Assembly (NCBI GenBank): GCA_017536965.1 | Contig: JAFWCK010000126.1 | Location: 709 to 64,708 of the forward strand | Direction of reading: 5' to 3' | Length of the DNA stretch: 64,000 bases | From: Lachnospiraceae bacterium | GTDB lineage: Bacteria > Bacillota > Clostridia > Lachnospirales > Lachnospiraceae | In this document: positions 29,106 to 37,926 of the stretch, in pieces | Layout of the letters: each line of letters begins with the position of its first letter | Position numbering within the stretch: position 1 is the stretch's first letter | The notes under the pieces: generated by a model | The model's input: only the letters and a program-made list of their open reading frames with translations | Databases searched by the model: none | What the model was told of the DNA's origin: nothing | Position numbers and translations under genes: made by a program

Positions 29106-30320
29106 CTACCGATATAAAAACAGGGTCAGCAGCAGATAGATCACCAGCAGACTGCTAAGGATAATGATCTGTTTTCCTTTATGTCCTTTTAGCAGACCAA
29201 TAAATTCGCGCACTGCTGCATTTGGCCAGAAGTACCATTTTGTAGGGGCGCCCATGCCTACTGCCGGGAGTTTTACCCTTCTAGCATAAAGTCCGCTGCG
29301 GAAAACATGATAATTCGTAGTGGAAAATGCGGTCTTTCCATTCGGGTTGGTCTTCTGAATGATCTCCTTTGAAAAAGTCATATTCTCAAAGGTATTCGTG
29401 GATCGGTCTTCTTCTATGATCTGTTTTTCCGGGATGCCCTGTGACATCAGATACTGTTTCATGCATGCACTTTCTGATATTCTTTCATCAGATCCCTGTC
29501 CGCCAGACGTAATAAAGATCAGTTCTTTGCCCGTCTCCTTTTTTTGCTTCCGGTAAAAAGCAATTGCACGGTCGCACCGTCCTTTCAGGAGCGGCGTCGG
29601 CGTTCCATCCTTCCGAATACTGCAGCCTAAAATGATCAGAAAATCTTTGTCCTTTGCAGGATCGTGAAGCGCCGCGATCAGATCTGCTATGATCGTCCCG
29701 ATCATCATGCATTCCAGGTACAAATAGATTCCCGCAAACAGGTTGAAAATAATCTCATGAGCACGGATCTGAGCAATGCTCCCGGACAGGTTTGCAAAGC
29801 GGTCAAAAAGAACTATAACCGCCTCACCCGCTAGAAGAATAACTGACAGCAGAATTCCAAGGACATTGACAAACCGCCGTCCTTCATGCCGGATCAACGA
29901 GATATTGGATATACATAATGCGATAGAAAAAAACAGAATAAACGGAGAAGAAATCAGCATATAATTTTTAGCTGAATCAAGCAGGCCATGCAGCATCCCC
30001 TCGACAGAATAAACTGATGGAAACAACGCCATTCGGACGGTCAAAATAATAAGGGTTGTACAGATAGAAATAATAAACAGCGCAAATCCCATATAGTAAA
30101 TCGTATTATAAGAATACGGATTATACTTGAGCTGCTTAAAAAAAGTAATGATCAATTCTGCCAGAACCGCCAGAAAGAAAAGGGATAGACTTCCGCAGAT
30201 ATAAACTGCGTTTTGCTCAGTCCCAAATATTACAAAAACGACCACGAGCCCAACCAGAACAGCCAACCAGATCAGAATATTATAAAGAGTTGGTTTCTTT
30301 TTCGGAGTATCTACATTCAT
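29106..30320 (-). CDS. Membrane protein with C-terminal YdcF/DUF218 (ElyC/SanA-like) domain
   Basis: N-terminal TM helices; LIILGCSIRKDGTPTPLLKGRCDRA, ITSGGQG, STNTFENM. Confidence 0.7.
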   Translation of the reverse strand: MNVDTPKKKPTLYNILIWLAVLVGLVVVFVIFGTEQNAVYICGSLSLFFLAVLAELIITFFKQLKYNPYSYNTIYYMGFALFIISICTTLIILTVRMALFPSVYSVEGMLHGLLDSAKNYMLISSPFILFFSIALCISNISLIRHEGRRFVNVLGILLSVILLAGEAVIVLFDRFANLSGSIAQIRAHEIIFNLFAGIYLYLECMMIGTIIADLIAALHDPAKDKDFLIILGCSIRKDGTPTPLLKGRCDRAIAFYRKQKKETGKELIFITSGGQGSDERISESACMKQYLMSQGIPEKQIIEEDRSTNTFENMTFSKEIIQKTNPNGKTAFSTTNYHVFRSGLYARRVKLPAVGMGAPTKWYFWPNAAVREFIGLLKGHKGKQIIILSSLLVIYLLLTLFLYR

Positions 30321-31927
30321 TAAGCAAGGATCTTCTTCATCGTCAAAATATTTTGTCCATCCGTCCGCTCGTAATCGATCTCATCCATTACCTGTTTAGC
30401 AAGGAAAACACCCAAACCGCCAATATCTCTTTTATCGGCAGATAACGTCACATCAGGATCTTCCTTTGCAAGCGGATCATAAGGAATGCCCCAGTCAAGG
30501 ATACTGATCGTAATGGAAGAAGGCCTGTCAGAAAGCATGACACGAATAATGGCCTTCCCTTTTTCCTCTGTATAAGCATAGGATGCCACATTGGTGAAAA
30601 TCTCTTCAACTGCCAGAAGTATCTCCATTTCTGTCTTTACAGAGCACTCTGCAGCCTCCAGGTAACGACTGATAAAAGCATTGACTTCCGCCAGCTTTTC
30701 CGTATCTGCGTCTACGACAAGCTCATTTGCTGCTTCTGTTTTTTCCTCTTTCCGTTCAAAGAGAAGCGAATCCGTCTCATCAAGCAGCTTGAAAAGCTGT
30801 TCTTTTCGGAATTCAAATGCTTCTTTTCCCTGCTCTGTGCTGATCTCATCACGGCGGATCGCTCGGCGAATCAGACGAGTATAGCCCAGAATCCGGGCTT
30901 TATTTTCAACTGATTGGATATACGCTTCATCTTCGGTTCCCAGATAGGCAACTAAGACTTTATGCCAGAATGTTTCTGCGGTCGGATAATCAAACCCCTG
31001 GAATTCTTTAATAATGTTGTGGTCCAGTTCTGAAAAACCAATAAACGCATTAAACATGGACGCCAACTCAAAGATCGGATGACCGACTGCGAGTGTATCC
31101 ATATCGATCAGCAGAACCTCATCACCTTGCAGTTCCAGATTCTTGGTATGGTAATCACCATGAATCATATGATCATCATGAGGGACAGCTTCAATTAATG
31201 CCCGCAGTTTCTGTACTGGTTCATCAGGCAGATACCCTTTCAGGAAATCCGCATAGTCCAAAAATGTTTCCTTGAGATCCGGGAGTTTCCCTTCCGGTAC
31301 TAATGTGTTGTGGATGCGCTTCAGCATTTCCACATATTCATCCACACACCAGTCCATCTTTTCCGGCTGTGTAGAAAGTATCTTAGAAAAAGAGCTGGCA
31401 TTTAAAAGTTCGAAAACAGAGCCATAGCTGTCTCCTACTCTGACAACATCGTAAGAGATAGCTGTAGGGATTCCTAAAATAAGTGCAAGCTTTGCTACCT
31501 CCCGCTCATGCTGAATATCATCTAAAGCATCCGGATAATTGTACACCTTTACTACATTATCCTGATCGATACGGTAGATTGTTCCATTTGCACCCCGTCC
31601 AATTTCTTCACAGCCTTCTATAGAAACGACACGGTATGCTTTTCCGACTTTCATCATCTCTGTAAAGCCTGTCATTTCCAGGATCTCGTAGACTGCAGAG
31701 TTGGCATTCGTAATACAAAGATCAGGATTGATCTTTCTCATATGCAGGATCACACGAAGGCCGGCACTGGAAATATATTCCAGCTTTTCTGCGTCGATCA
31801 CAATTGGCAGGTGTTCTTTTCCTTCCAGCTGCGCAAAAATCTCTTTTTCTACTTCTGCCGCATTATTTGAATCGACACGTCCTTCCAGGCCGATCACAAA
31901 TCCCTGATTTGTCTGTTCAAAAGTCAT
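30320..31927 (-). CDS. Three-domain fusion: STAS (anti-sigma antagonist-like) + protein-kinase-like (APH/choline-kinase type) + RsbW/SpoIIAB-like HATPase
   Basis: ORF 30320..31972. ATG 31927 forms an ATGA overlap with the upstream stop. STAS: LEYISSAGLRVIL. Kinase-like: GRGANGTIYR, MIHGDYHTKNL, LIDMDT. HATPase: EEIFTNVASYAY, GGLGVFL. Confidence 0.7.
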   Translation of the reverse strand: MTFEQTNQGFVIGLEGRVDSNNAAEVEKEIFAQLEGKEHLPIVIDAEKLEYISSAGLRVILHMRKINPDLCITNANSAVYEILEMTGFTEMMKVGKAYRVVSIEGCEEIGRGANGTIYRIDQDNVVKVYNYPDALDDIQHEREVAKLALILGIPTAISYDVVRVGDSYGSVFELLNASSFSKILSTQPEKMDWCVDEYVEMLKRIHNTLVPEGKLPDLKETFLDYADFLKGYLPDEPVQKLRALIEAVPHDDHMIHGDYHTKNLELQGDEVLLIDMDTLAVGHPIFELASMFNAFIGFSELDHNIIKEFQGFDYPTAETFWHKVLVAYLGTEDEAYIQSVENKARILGYTRLIRRAIRRDEISTEQGKEAFEFRKEQLFKLLDETDSLLFERKEEKTEAANELVVDADTEKLAEVNAFISRYLEAAECSVKTEMEILLAVEEIFTNVASYAYTEEKGKAIIRVMLSDRPSSITISILDWGIPYDPLAKEDPDVTLSADKRDIGGLGVFLAKQVMDEIDYERTDGQNILTMKKILA

Positions 31928-33720
31928 AGGTCTTCCCTTCCTGCTGTGTTTGTTCCTTTGTATTCTACACAAAGCATTGTCACATCATCAAACTGCTCTG
32001 CCTCTCCTACGAAAGCATCAATTGCTTCCGTCATATTCTTAAGAGTCTGCTCCGGAGAAGCTGAAATGTCCTGATTCAATACAGAAAGCATACGTTCCGT
32101 ACCAAACAGCTGCTCATTTGTATCTGTTGCTTCCGGGACACCGTCCGTATACAGGAATAGTTTAGATCCCGGTTCCAGCTGTAACTCATATTCTTTGTAA
32201 TGAATACCTTCCATACCACCGACAACAAAACTATGCGGATCTTTGAATAATTCATATTGTCCATTGCCATGTTTGATGACCGGATACTCATGACCTGCAT
32301 TAGCTGCGATCAGTTTTCCTGTCGACAGCTCCAGAATTCCCAGCCAGATCGTTACAAACAGTTCTCCTCTGCTCCGCTGTATGAAAGCATCATTACTGCT
32401 TTCTAATGCCCTTCCCGGAGATAGTCCCATACGCACTCTATTAGCGATTGAAATCTGTGAAGCCATCATAAATAGCGCGGCCGGTATTCCTTTTCCGGCA
32501 ACATCGGCAATGACCATACATAAGTGATCATCATCGATCAGATAGAAATCGTAAAAATCGCCTCCTACCTCACGAGCAGGGTTCATACTTCCATATAGAT
32601 CAAAATCTGTCCGGTCCGGAAATGCAGGGAACTTGCTTGGGATCATGCCGGCCTGAATACGGCTTGCTACGGAAAGCTCGGTGTTCATTTTCTCCCTTTC
32701 CGCTGAAATAGTTTCAATGTCCTGCAGATACTGGTCAATTTCTTCTGTCAGAGTACCAATATCCTCTGCCAGCTGTCCGAGTTCATTATTTGAGTGAATC
32801 TCAGAGAGAGTTTTTTTGACCTTTTGACTATCTTTAGAAACTGTATATAAACGGATACTTTCCTGAAGTTTTTTTAATGGCTGAATGAAGAAAAATGCAA
32901 GAAGCGCAAGAGCGATCATCGAAAGAAGGACCTGGTATGCAACCGCCACCCCAGTTCCCTGCTTGGTTGACGTTGTTATATTGGTTCTTAATCCCGTCAT
33001 ATTAAAAGTCAGGCCGATTATTACATCCTGTTCTCCTTCCATCCCCATATATGCATAATAATCAGCATATAATCCGGCGTCCGCCAGGTGGCCTCTTTGT
33101 TCCCGCGCATTCCGCATAGCTTGCTGCTGACTTCCGCCTACAGTTGTCTTTGTCCCTAAAATATAAGCATTCTCATATTCTGTTCCGCGTACAGAATCCT
33201 CATCAGCAGCGCTGAAAAGAAAGAACTGATCTGTGTATGGTTCCTGTGAAAGGACACAAAAAACAAAGTCTATATTATAAGTTTTCTTTATTTGATTAAT
33301 ACGGGTAATAAGCCAGGAGTAGGTGATCTCCGCATATAGTTTCTGATCCTCCTGCGGAAGGGAGGCTATGGTCTCAGCGCTCACATACTTTAACTGGATA
33401 TCCGGATGTCGCTCACTAAAAAGGCGGACCTTCTCCTCTGTTTCAGTTCCTGGTCCGTAATCTACATCATATTCAATATCCAGATCATCTGCGTGCGTAT
33501 ACCAATAGTGGATCAACCAGTCTGAGGCAGGATATTCCCAGACAGACTCCATCACATCCGCTGCTGTTTCAGATGCAAGGAACTCCACTTGTTTTCTGAT
33601 ACTACGATAAGAAAGAAGACGCTGTGCAAAAAATGTCAGCATACCTATAATAAGAACGCTTGCCCCAAAAAGAGCAGCGACCTGTACAATGAGGCTGCCT
33701 CTTCTTTTTCTTCTTTGCAT
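31924..33720 (-). CDS. Membrane sensor PP2C (SpoIIE/RsbU-type) serine phosphatase with HAMP linker
   Basis: Two TM helices flank an extracytoplasmic domain of about 230 aa. Then a HAMP-like segment and a PP2C block (GGDFYDF, VIADVAGKGIPAALFM, LYTDGVPEA, DDVTML). Confidence 0.8.
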   Translation of the reverse strand: MQRRKRRGSLIVQVAALFGASVLIIGMLTFFAQRLLSYRSIRKQVEFLASETAADVMESVWEYPASDWLIHYWYTHADDLDIEYDVDYGPGTETEEKVRLFSERHPDIQLKYVSAETIASLPQEDQKLYAEITYSWLITRINQIKKTYNIDFVFCVLSQEPYTDQFFLFSAADEDSVRGTEYENAYILGTKTTVGGSQQQAMRNAREQRGHLADAGLYADYYAYMGMEGEQDVIIGLTFNMTGLRTNITTSTKQGTGVAVAYQVLLSMIALALLAFFFIQPLKKLQESIRLYTVSKDSQKVKKTLSEIHSNNELGQLAEDIGTLTEEIDQYLQDIETISAEREKMNTELSVASRIQAGMIPSKFPAFPDRTDFDLYGSMNPAREVGGDFYDFYLIDDDHLCMVIADVAGKGIPAALFMMASQISIANRVRMGLSPGRALESSNDAFIQRSRGELFVTIWLGILELSTGKLIAANAGHEYPVIKHGNGQYELFKDPHSFVVGGMEGIHYKEYELQLEPGSKLFLYTDGVPEATDTNEQLFGTERMLSVLNQDISASPEQTLKNMTEAIDAFVGEAEQFDDVTMLCVEYKGTNTAGREDL

Positions 33721-33731
33721 GATACTCCGAT

Positions 33732-34031
33732 TTACTCGATCGTCAGGATCTCGTTAAAACCGGTCACCTCGAAGATCTCCATGATGGTATCATTGACATG
33801 GATCACTTTCATGGTTCCCTGATTGTTAATGATTTTCTGTGCAGAAAGCAATACTCTAAGGCCTGCAGAAGAGATATAATCCAGTTTTTCAAAATCCAGA
33901 ACCAGATTAGTTGTCTCTACTAATGCCTCCTGAAGGGATGCCTCCAACTCTGGCGCTGTAACGGTATCCAGTCTCCCCTCCAGCTGGTAAAGAATGGAAT
34001 CTTTTTCCTGTGTTTTCTGAATATTCAGCAT
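33732..34031 (-). CDS. STAS-domain anti-sigma-factor antagonist (SpoIIAA/RsbV-like)
   Basis: 99 aa; LDYISSAGLRVLL phosphorylatable-Ser motif. Confidence 0.85.
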   Translation of the reverse strand: MLNIQKTQEKDSILYQLEGRLDTVTAPELEASLQEALVETTNLVLDFEKLDYISSAGLRVLLSAQKIINNQGTMKVIHVNDTIMEIFEVTGFNEILTIE

Positions 34032-34109
34032 AGTTTTCTCACTTTCTTAAATGCATTCTTACGTGTTTTTATTATGAAGATACAAGTTTTATTTGTCCAG
34101 TATTTTTGA

Positions 34110-34147
34110 AGATAGCGGAAACCCTGTTCCATGGATTTCCGCTATCT
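34110..34147. terminator. 12-bp-stem hairpin just 3' of tRNA-Leu(UAG)
   Basis: AGATAGCGGAAA-N14-TTTCCGCTATCT; no clean U-tract on the minus strand. Confidence 0.45.
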
Positions 34148-34150
34148 TTG

Positions 34151-34231
34151 TGCGAGTGACAGGACTTGAACCTGCACGGAAAGTCCACCAGATCCTAAGT
34201 CTGGCGCGTCTGCCAGTTCCGCCACACTCGC
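34151..34231 (-). tRNA. tRNA-Leu (anticodon TAG)
   Basis: The reverse complement folds as GCGAGTG acceptor, GCGGAACTGGCAGACGC D-arm, CCAGA-CTTAGGA-TCTGG anticodon arm, long variable arm, GCAGGTTCAAGTCCTGT T-arm, and CACTCGC-A. Confidence 0.9.
34209..34231. repeat. attL core (equals tRNA-Leu nt 1-23)
   Basis: Identical 23-mer at 41569-41591. Confidence 0.85.
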
Positions 34232-34257
34232 TTTGTAAAGCATTGTCGCTGTTTGTG

Positions 34258-34285
34258 ATTATATCTGAAAACCTTGATATTTCAA
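34258..34285 (-). promoter_or_regulatory. Sigma-A-like promoter inside the element, reading into tRNA-Leu(UAG)
   Basis: Minus strand TTGAAA (34285-34280) - 16 nt - TATAAT (34263-34258), about 27 nt upstream of the tRNA 5' end. Confidence 0.6.
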
Positions 34286-34346
34286 GCAAAATCACGCAAG
34301 TTCTTTTTCGTTTCTCTCTGTCTTGATTTATTACACTTTACCTTTT

Positions 34347-34389
34347 TACCTCAAAAATTGAGGTAAATTTTGAGGTAAAAATTGAGGTA
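34347..34389. repeat. Cluster of four TTGAGGTA octamers (one inverted), candidate integrase arm-type sites
   Basis: TACCTCAA 34347-34354; TTGAGGTA at 34359, 34370 and 34382. The same ATTGAGGTAAAAATTGAGGTA occurs at 41486-41506. Confidence 0.7.
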
Positions 34390-35562
34390 CTAGACCGCAA
34401 AGCTGATCTTGGACAGCTCTTCGTGCTTTGTATTCGGCATAACGTGTGCATATAAATCCATTGTCATTTTTAATGTGCTATGTCCTAACAGAGCTTTTAA
34501 GGTGTTCGGCTGCATACCCTGTTCAATACACCGGGTAGCGAATGTGTCCCGGAATCCATGTACTGTGAACGGAGCGAAGAATCCTTTTTCCTTTTCATTG
34601 ATCTTTGAGATTATATGCTCCAAACAGGCATCAACGGAATTGTAATGAGCCAGCGTTCCTTTTGTACTCGGAAAGACAATAGCGTTACTCGATCCGAACA
34701 GCATTGAATTTTTCTCTTTCTGATCCAGCAGAATCTTTTTGAGATCATCCGTCAGAGGGATAGTCCTGTTGCTGCTGCCTGTTTTCGGGGAATCTGACAA
34801 ACTATATTCTTTGTTTGAAACCTTTGAAACGGTTTTCCCGATGCGGATTTCATTTCTGTTGAAATCCACATCAAACCAAGTGAGGGCTGCTGCCTCTCCG
34901 ATCCGACACCCGGTAATAAGCAGAAATCGAAACAGATTATAGTAATAACTGCCCTCTGCGTTTTTCATCAGCAGCTTTGTTTCTTCAACCGTCAATGCTC
35001 TGTGATTTGTGAGAGCTGCTTTCGGCTTTTCAGATTTCAAAGTCTTTATGCCGTTGCATGGATTATAGTTGATGATCCTGTCATTAATTGCACTATTAAG
35101 AATCTGCTTGAGCAATCTTGTCACCCGGTTGATTGTGTCAGCCGTGAGGGTGATCTTTTCTCCGTTCTTGTCCGTTGCAAGTTCACCTTTCTTGTTCTTG
35201 CGATACTCTTTCTTCATGGCTGTTTGCATTTGCAGCACATCCATTTTTGAAATAGTGACAATCTGCCGTTTTCCTAAATACTTTTCAAGGTGTTGCCAAG
35301 ATTTCTTATAGCTGTATATTGTAGAGGTCTTAACCTCTTTCGCCTGTTCCTCAATCCAAAAGGAATAGTATTTTTCCAGCGTGATCTTGTGATTGTCAAT
35401 GTGCATACGATTCTTTAAGCGTTCCAGCAACTCGTCTTTTTTCTCTTCACATTCTGTCTGTGTATGTCCGTATACGAAATGCCGGACACCCTCAAAAGTA
35501 AAGGCTAATCTGTATAGCTGCTTTCCTCGATCGTAATAGAATCCTTTAGGTAATCTTTTCAT
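34390..35562 (-). CDS. int: Tyrosine recombinase (phage-type integrase)
   Basis: 390 aa; C-terminal catalytic blocks GCRIGEAAAL (Arg), HGFRDTFATR (H-x-x-R), LGHSTLKMTMDLYAHV (His...Tyr). Confidence 0.9.
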   Translation of the reverse strand: MKRLPKGFYYDRGKQLYRLAFTFEGVRHFVYGHTQTECEEKKDELLERLKNRMHIDNHKITLEKYYSFWIEEQAKEVKTSTIYSYKKSWQHLEKYLGKRQIVTISKMDVLQMQTAMKKEYRKNKKGELATDKNGEKITLTADTINRVTRLLKQILNSAINDRIINYNPCNGIKTLKSEKPKAALTNHRALTVEETKLLMKNAEGSYYYNLFRFLLITGCRIGEAAALTWFDVDFNRNEIRIGKTVSKVSNKEYSLSDSPKTGSSNRTIPLTDDLKKILLDQKEKNSMLFGSSNAIVFPSTKGTLAHYNSVDACLEHIISKINEKEKGFFAPFTVHGFRDTFATRCIEQGMQPNTLKALLGHSTLKMTMDLYAHVMPNTKHEELSKISFAV

Positions 35563-35676
35563 ATCTGCTACCCCCTTTGCTATGCGGATAGCAGAAACGT
35601 AATAACCACGATTCGGATTATATACTTTTTTTCTGTTATCTGCAAGTATTATCTTTTATTTTTGTTTGTGTTGTGG

Positions 35677-35939
35677 TATAATATTTTATTTTTCTTTATT
35701 ATGAAATTTCCTTTTGAAAGCCCCTAATTCGCCATTACAGGGCTTTTAGGGTCTTTGTGAAGGTTTTATTGTTTTTGGATTAATTGTCTGAAATCGCTTG
35801 CAATACGGCTGTAATTTGATAAGATAAAGACGGAAACACCGTTTCCAGCTGGCAAGTCTCTGACCCCGGCAACATCGTTTGGTCGGTGGGCGGTGTTTCG
35901 CTGACGGTTTTAGGCTACCCCCTTTGACCGTCTTTTTTT
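35677..35939 (+). ncRNA. Candidate about 250-nt non-coding transcript (extended -10 promoter to intrinsic terminator) between int and the upstream ORF
   Basis: TGGTATAAT at 35674-35682. Hairpins AAAGCCC...GGGCTTT and GAAACACCG...CGGTGTTTC. Terminator GACGGT-N18-ACCGTC plus T7 (35903-35939). No ORF longer than 8 codons. Confidence 0.4.
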
Positions 35940-35954
35940 ATGATCCGGCAGCAG

Positions 35955-36251
35955 TTATTTGATCTGCTGCCGTTCGTTTGCCTCAATGCCATAATCCCTT
36001 TTCATGGCTACTTTCCAGAGTTCATACTCAAGGGCTGCTATTGCTCTTGCTGCTGCCTCGGGTGTTTTAGCTCTGATTGTGTATTTCTCGTCACCAATCT
36101 CTGAATATGTCTCAAGTTCCAGCGTGATAGACACGGCATTTTCTTTTTTGCTCTTTCCGCTTGCAATACCGCCTTTTCGTCCCATTTCTGAAAGCTGTTC
36201 TTTCGTCCGCTGGCTGTTCGGAATCAGATTTTTTAAACTGTTCGGATTCAT
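35955..36251 (-). CDS. Hypothetical protein with N-terminal basic KGG-type segment (NPNSLKNL...GRKGGIASGKSKKE)
   Basis: ORF track with an AGGGA RBS; the N-terminal motif is seen in many phage/plasmid small proteins (recollection only). Confidence 0.5.
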   Translation of the reverse strand: MNPNSLKNLIPNSQRTKEQLSEMGRKGGIASGKSKKENAVSITLELETYSEIGDEKYTIRAKTPEAAARAIAALEYELWKVAMKRDYGIEANERQQIK

Positions 36252-36352
36252 ATTTCCCTTTCTGCTTCTTTATTCTCTCGTGCGTGCGTGCGTGAAAGCA
36301 TCCTTTAACTCTTTGAATCGGGGTGAATCGGGCTTTGAATTGCTTGCCGTTT

Positions 36353-36748
36353 TTAGGGGTCGGAAATCTTGCATATTGCTTTTTCAATATTATTCTTGAT
36401 CAACTGCAATCTATGTAGCTCCGTCCCGGGTGGAATGTCCCCGGCAACAATCGACATATCCTTTTTTATTTGTGGCAGCAGCTCCCGATCCCCTGTCATA
36501 AGCCCGATACACTCTACAGCTTTCAACAAAAGTACCTTTGTCTCTTTCCCTTGCTGTATGCCTTTTACAAGCTCCGTTCTGCACTCCCCAGCTCTTTTGA
36601 TATTCTCTTGGTATTCTTTATAGGCTTTCCGTATCTGCTGCCGTTCTGCCTGTTCCGCAAACAAGGAATTATCCGGCAAGCTCTCCGGCAGCTTATTTGA
36701 TCTGCTGCCGGGAGCAATCTTTTCAAGGGCTGTGAAATCTATCTGCAT
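36353..36748 (-). CDS. Hypothetical protein
   Basis: ORF track; AAGAGG RBS; the start overlaps the stop of the helicase gene. Confidence 0.5.
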   Translation of the reverse strand: MQIDFTALEKIAPGSRSNKLPESLPDNSLFAEQAERQQIRKAYKEYQENIKRAGECRTELVKGIQQGKETKVLLLKAVECIGLMTGDRELLPQIKKDMSIVAGDIPPGTELHRLQLIKNNIEKAICKISDP

Positions 36749-37926
36749 CGGTCAGCCTCTTTAAAATAATTAAACCTCGGATAGTACTGATACTTGATCC
36801 GGTCTCCTGTTCTGCCGTTTCTGTTTTTCAAAATAACCGCCTCGATTTCCCTAGGGTCTTTGCTCTTTGCCTCGGTAGGATCAAAATCAGCTTCACCAAT
36901 TCCGGCAAGGTCAAGCCCGATTACTACATCCGATCCATACTCAAGGCTGCCGGATTCTTTGAAACCGCTGAAATCAGCTTTCGTTTTATATCCGGCTCTG
37001 TTGAAACTGCTGATTGCAATTACAGGGCTTTTAAAGTCTCTGCTGATCCGCTTCAGTTCCAATACCGCCTTATCAATATTCTGCTTGTCGCTTGCCTTAA
37101 TATCGTAAGGGGCTAAAATCTGCACATAGTCAACTACCACAACCGGGATATTACCTAGAATTCTTGTGTGCCTTTCAACCGCCTCTCTGATCTGATTAAC
37201 CCCTATATCTCCTATCCCCTCATAAATGAAAATGTGTTCTGCGTATGTGCCGTACTCCTTTATAGCCGATTTGATCAACTGCCGTTCCTGTTCGGAATAA
37301 TTCTTATATCGTGATCCGTCTGTGATCCCTCTTGCTGTTTTTGCGTTATCCATTCCGGCTTTGAGCATTGTTAATCTCGAAACAGATTTTGAGATTAAGT
37401 CCTCTTTCGGCATTTCCATGGCAAATATGATCACATCATTTCCCTGTGCTGCGATCTGATCTGCCATCTGCATGATTAGCGTTGTCTTTCCCAGCGAAGT
37501 AATTGCCCCCACAACATACAGACCGCTATACAATCCACCGTCCAGCACTTGATCAAGTGTCGGAAATCCCGATCTGATCACCGGGGAATTCATTGAAGCA
37601 GCTATACCGTCAACAAACTCTTGTAAATATCCGGCAGCAGATTCTTTTTGCAACTGCTGCCGTTCTTCCTCAATCGTTTTCGCCTCGGTCTTTTCAACGT
37701 ACTCTTTCAAACTATTCTTTGTTTCCTCAATGCTTTGCCCTTTGCGTTCCGCATCAGTCAATATTTCAATCACGCTTGCCCCGGTCAGCCCTGTTCGGCT
37801 GGCATAGTCTGTGATTTCTTCCAATGTCAGCCCGAAGTGATCAATACCATAGGCTATAATTGCCCCGGTACTCGTCAAATCGTTCTGTTCTTCCCTCAAT
37901 ACCTCTTGTACTTCTTTTAGTTCCAT
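36739..37926 (-). CDS. DnaB-like replicative helicase (RecA-fold C-terminal domain with a unique N-terminus)
   Basis: Walker A GAITSLGKTT, Walker B VVVDYVQIL, SRDFKSPVIAISSFNR. Confidence 0.8.
   Translation of the reverse strand: MELKEVQEVLREEQNDLTSTGAIIAYGIDHFGLTLEEITDYASRTGLTGASVIEILTDAERKGQSIEETKNSLKEYVEKTEAKTIEEERQQLQKESAAGYLQEFVDGIAASMNSPVIRSGFPTLDQVLDGGLYSGLYVVGAITSLGKTTLIMQMADQIAAQGNDVIIFAMEMPKEDLISKSVSRLTMLKAGMDNAKTARGITDGSRYKNYSEQERQLIKSAIKEYGTYAEHIFIYEGIGDIGVNQIREAVERHTRILGNIPVVVVDYVQILAPYDIKASDKQNIDKAVLELKRISRDFKSPVIAISSFNRAGYKTKADFSGFKESGSLEYGSDVVIGLDLAGIGEADFDPTEAKSKDPREIEAVILKNRNGRTGDRIKYQYYPRFNYFKEADRCR

Noticed and set aside
34089-34326. ORFs overlapping tRNA-Leu(UAG) on both strands; likewise 63438-63877 over tRNA-Leu(UAA)
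   Set aside because: They are explained by the tRNA genes and flanking terminators and have no coding signal.
36112-36387. 91-aa minus-strand ORF bridging the two small element genes
   Set aside because: It overlaps both neighbouring ORFs in another frame, its sequence is extremely K/R-rich and it has no RBS.
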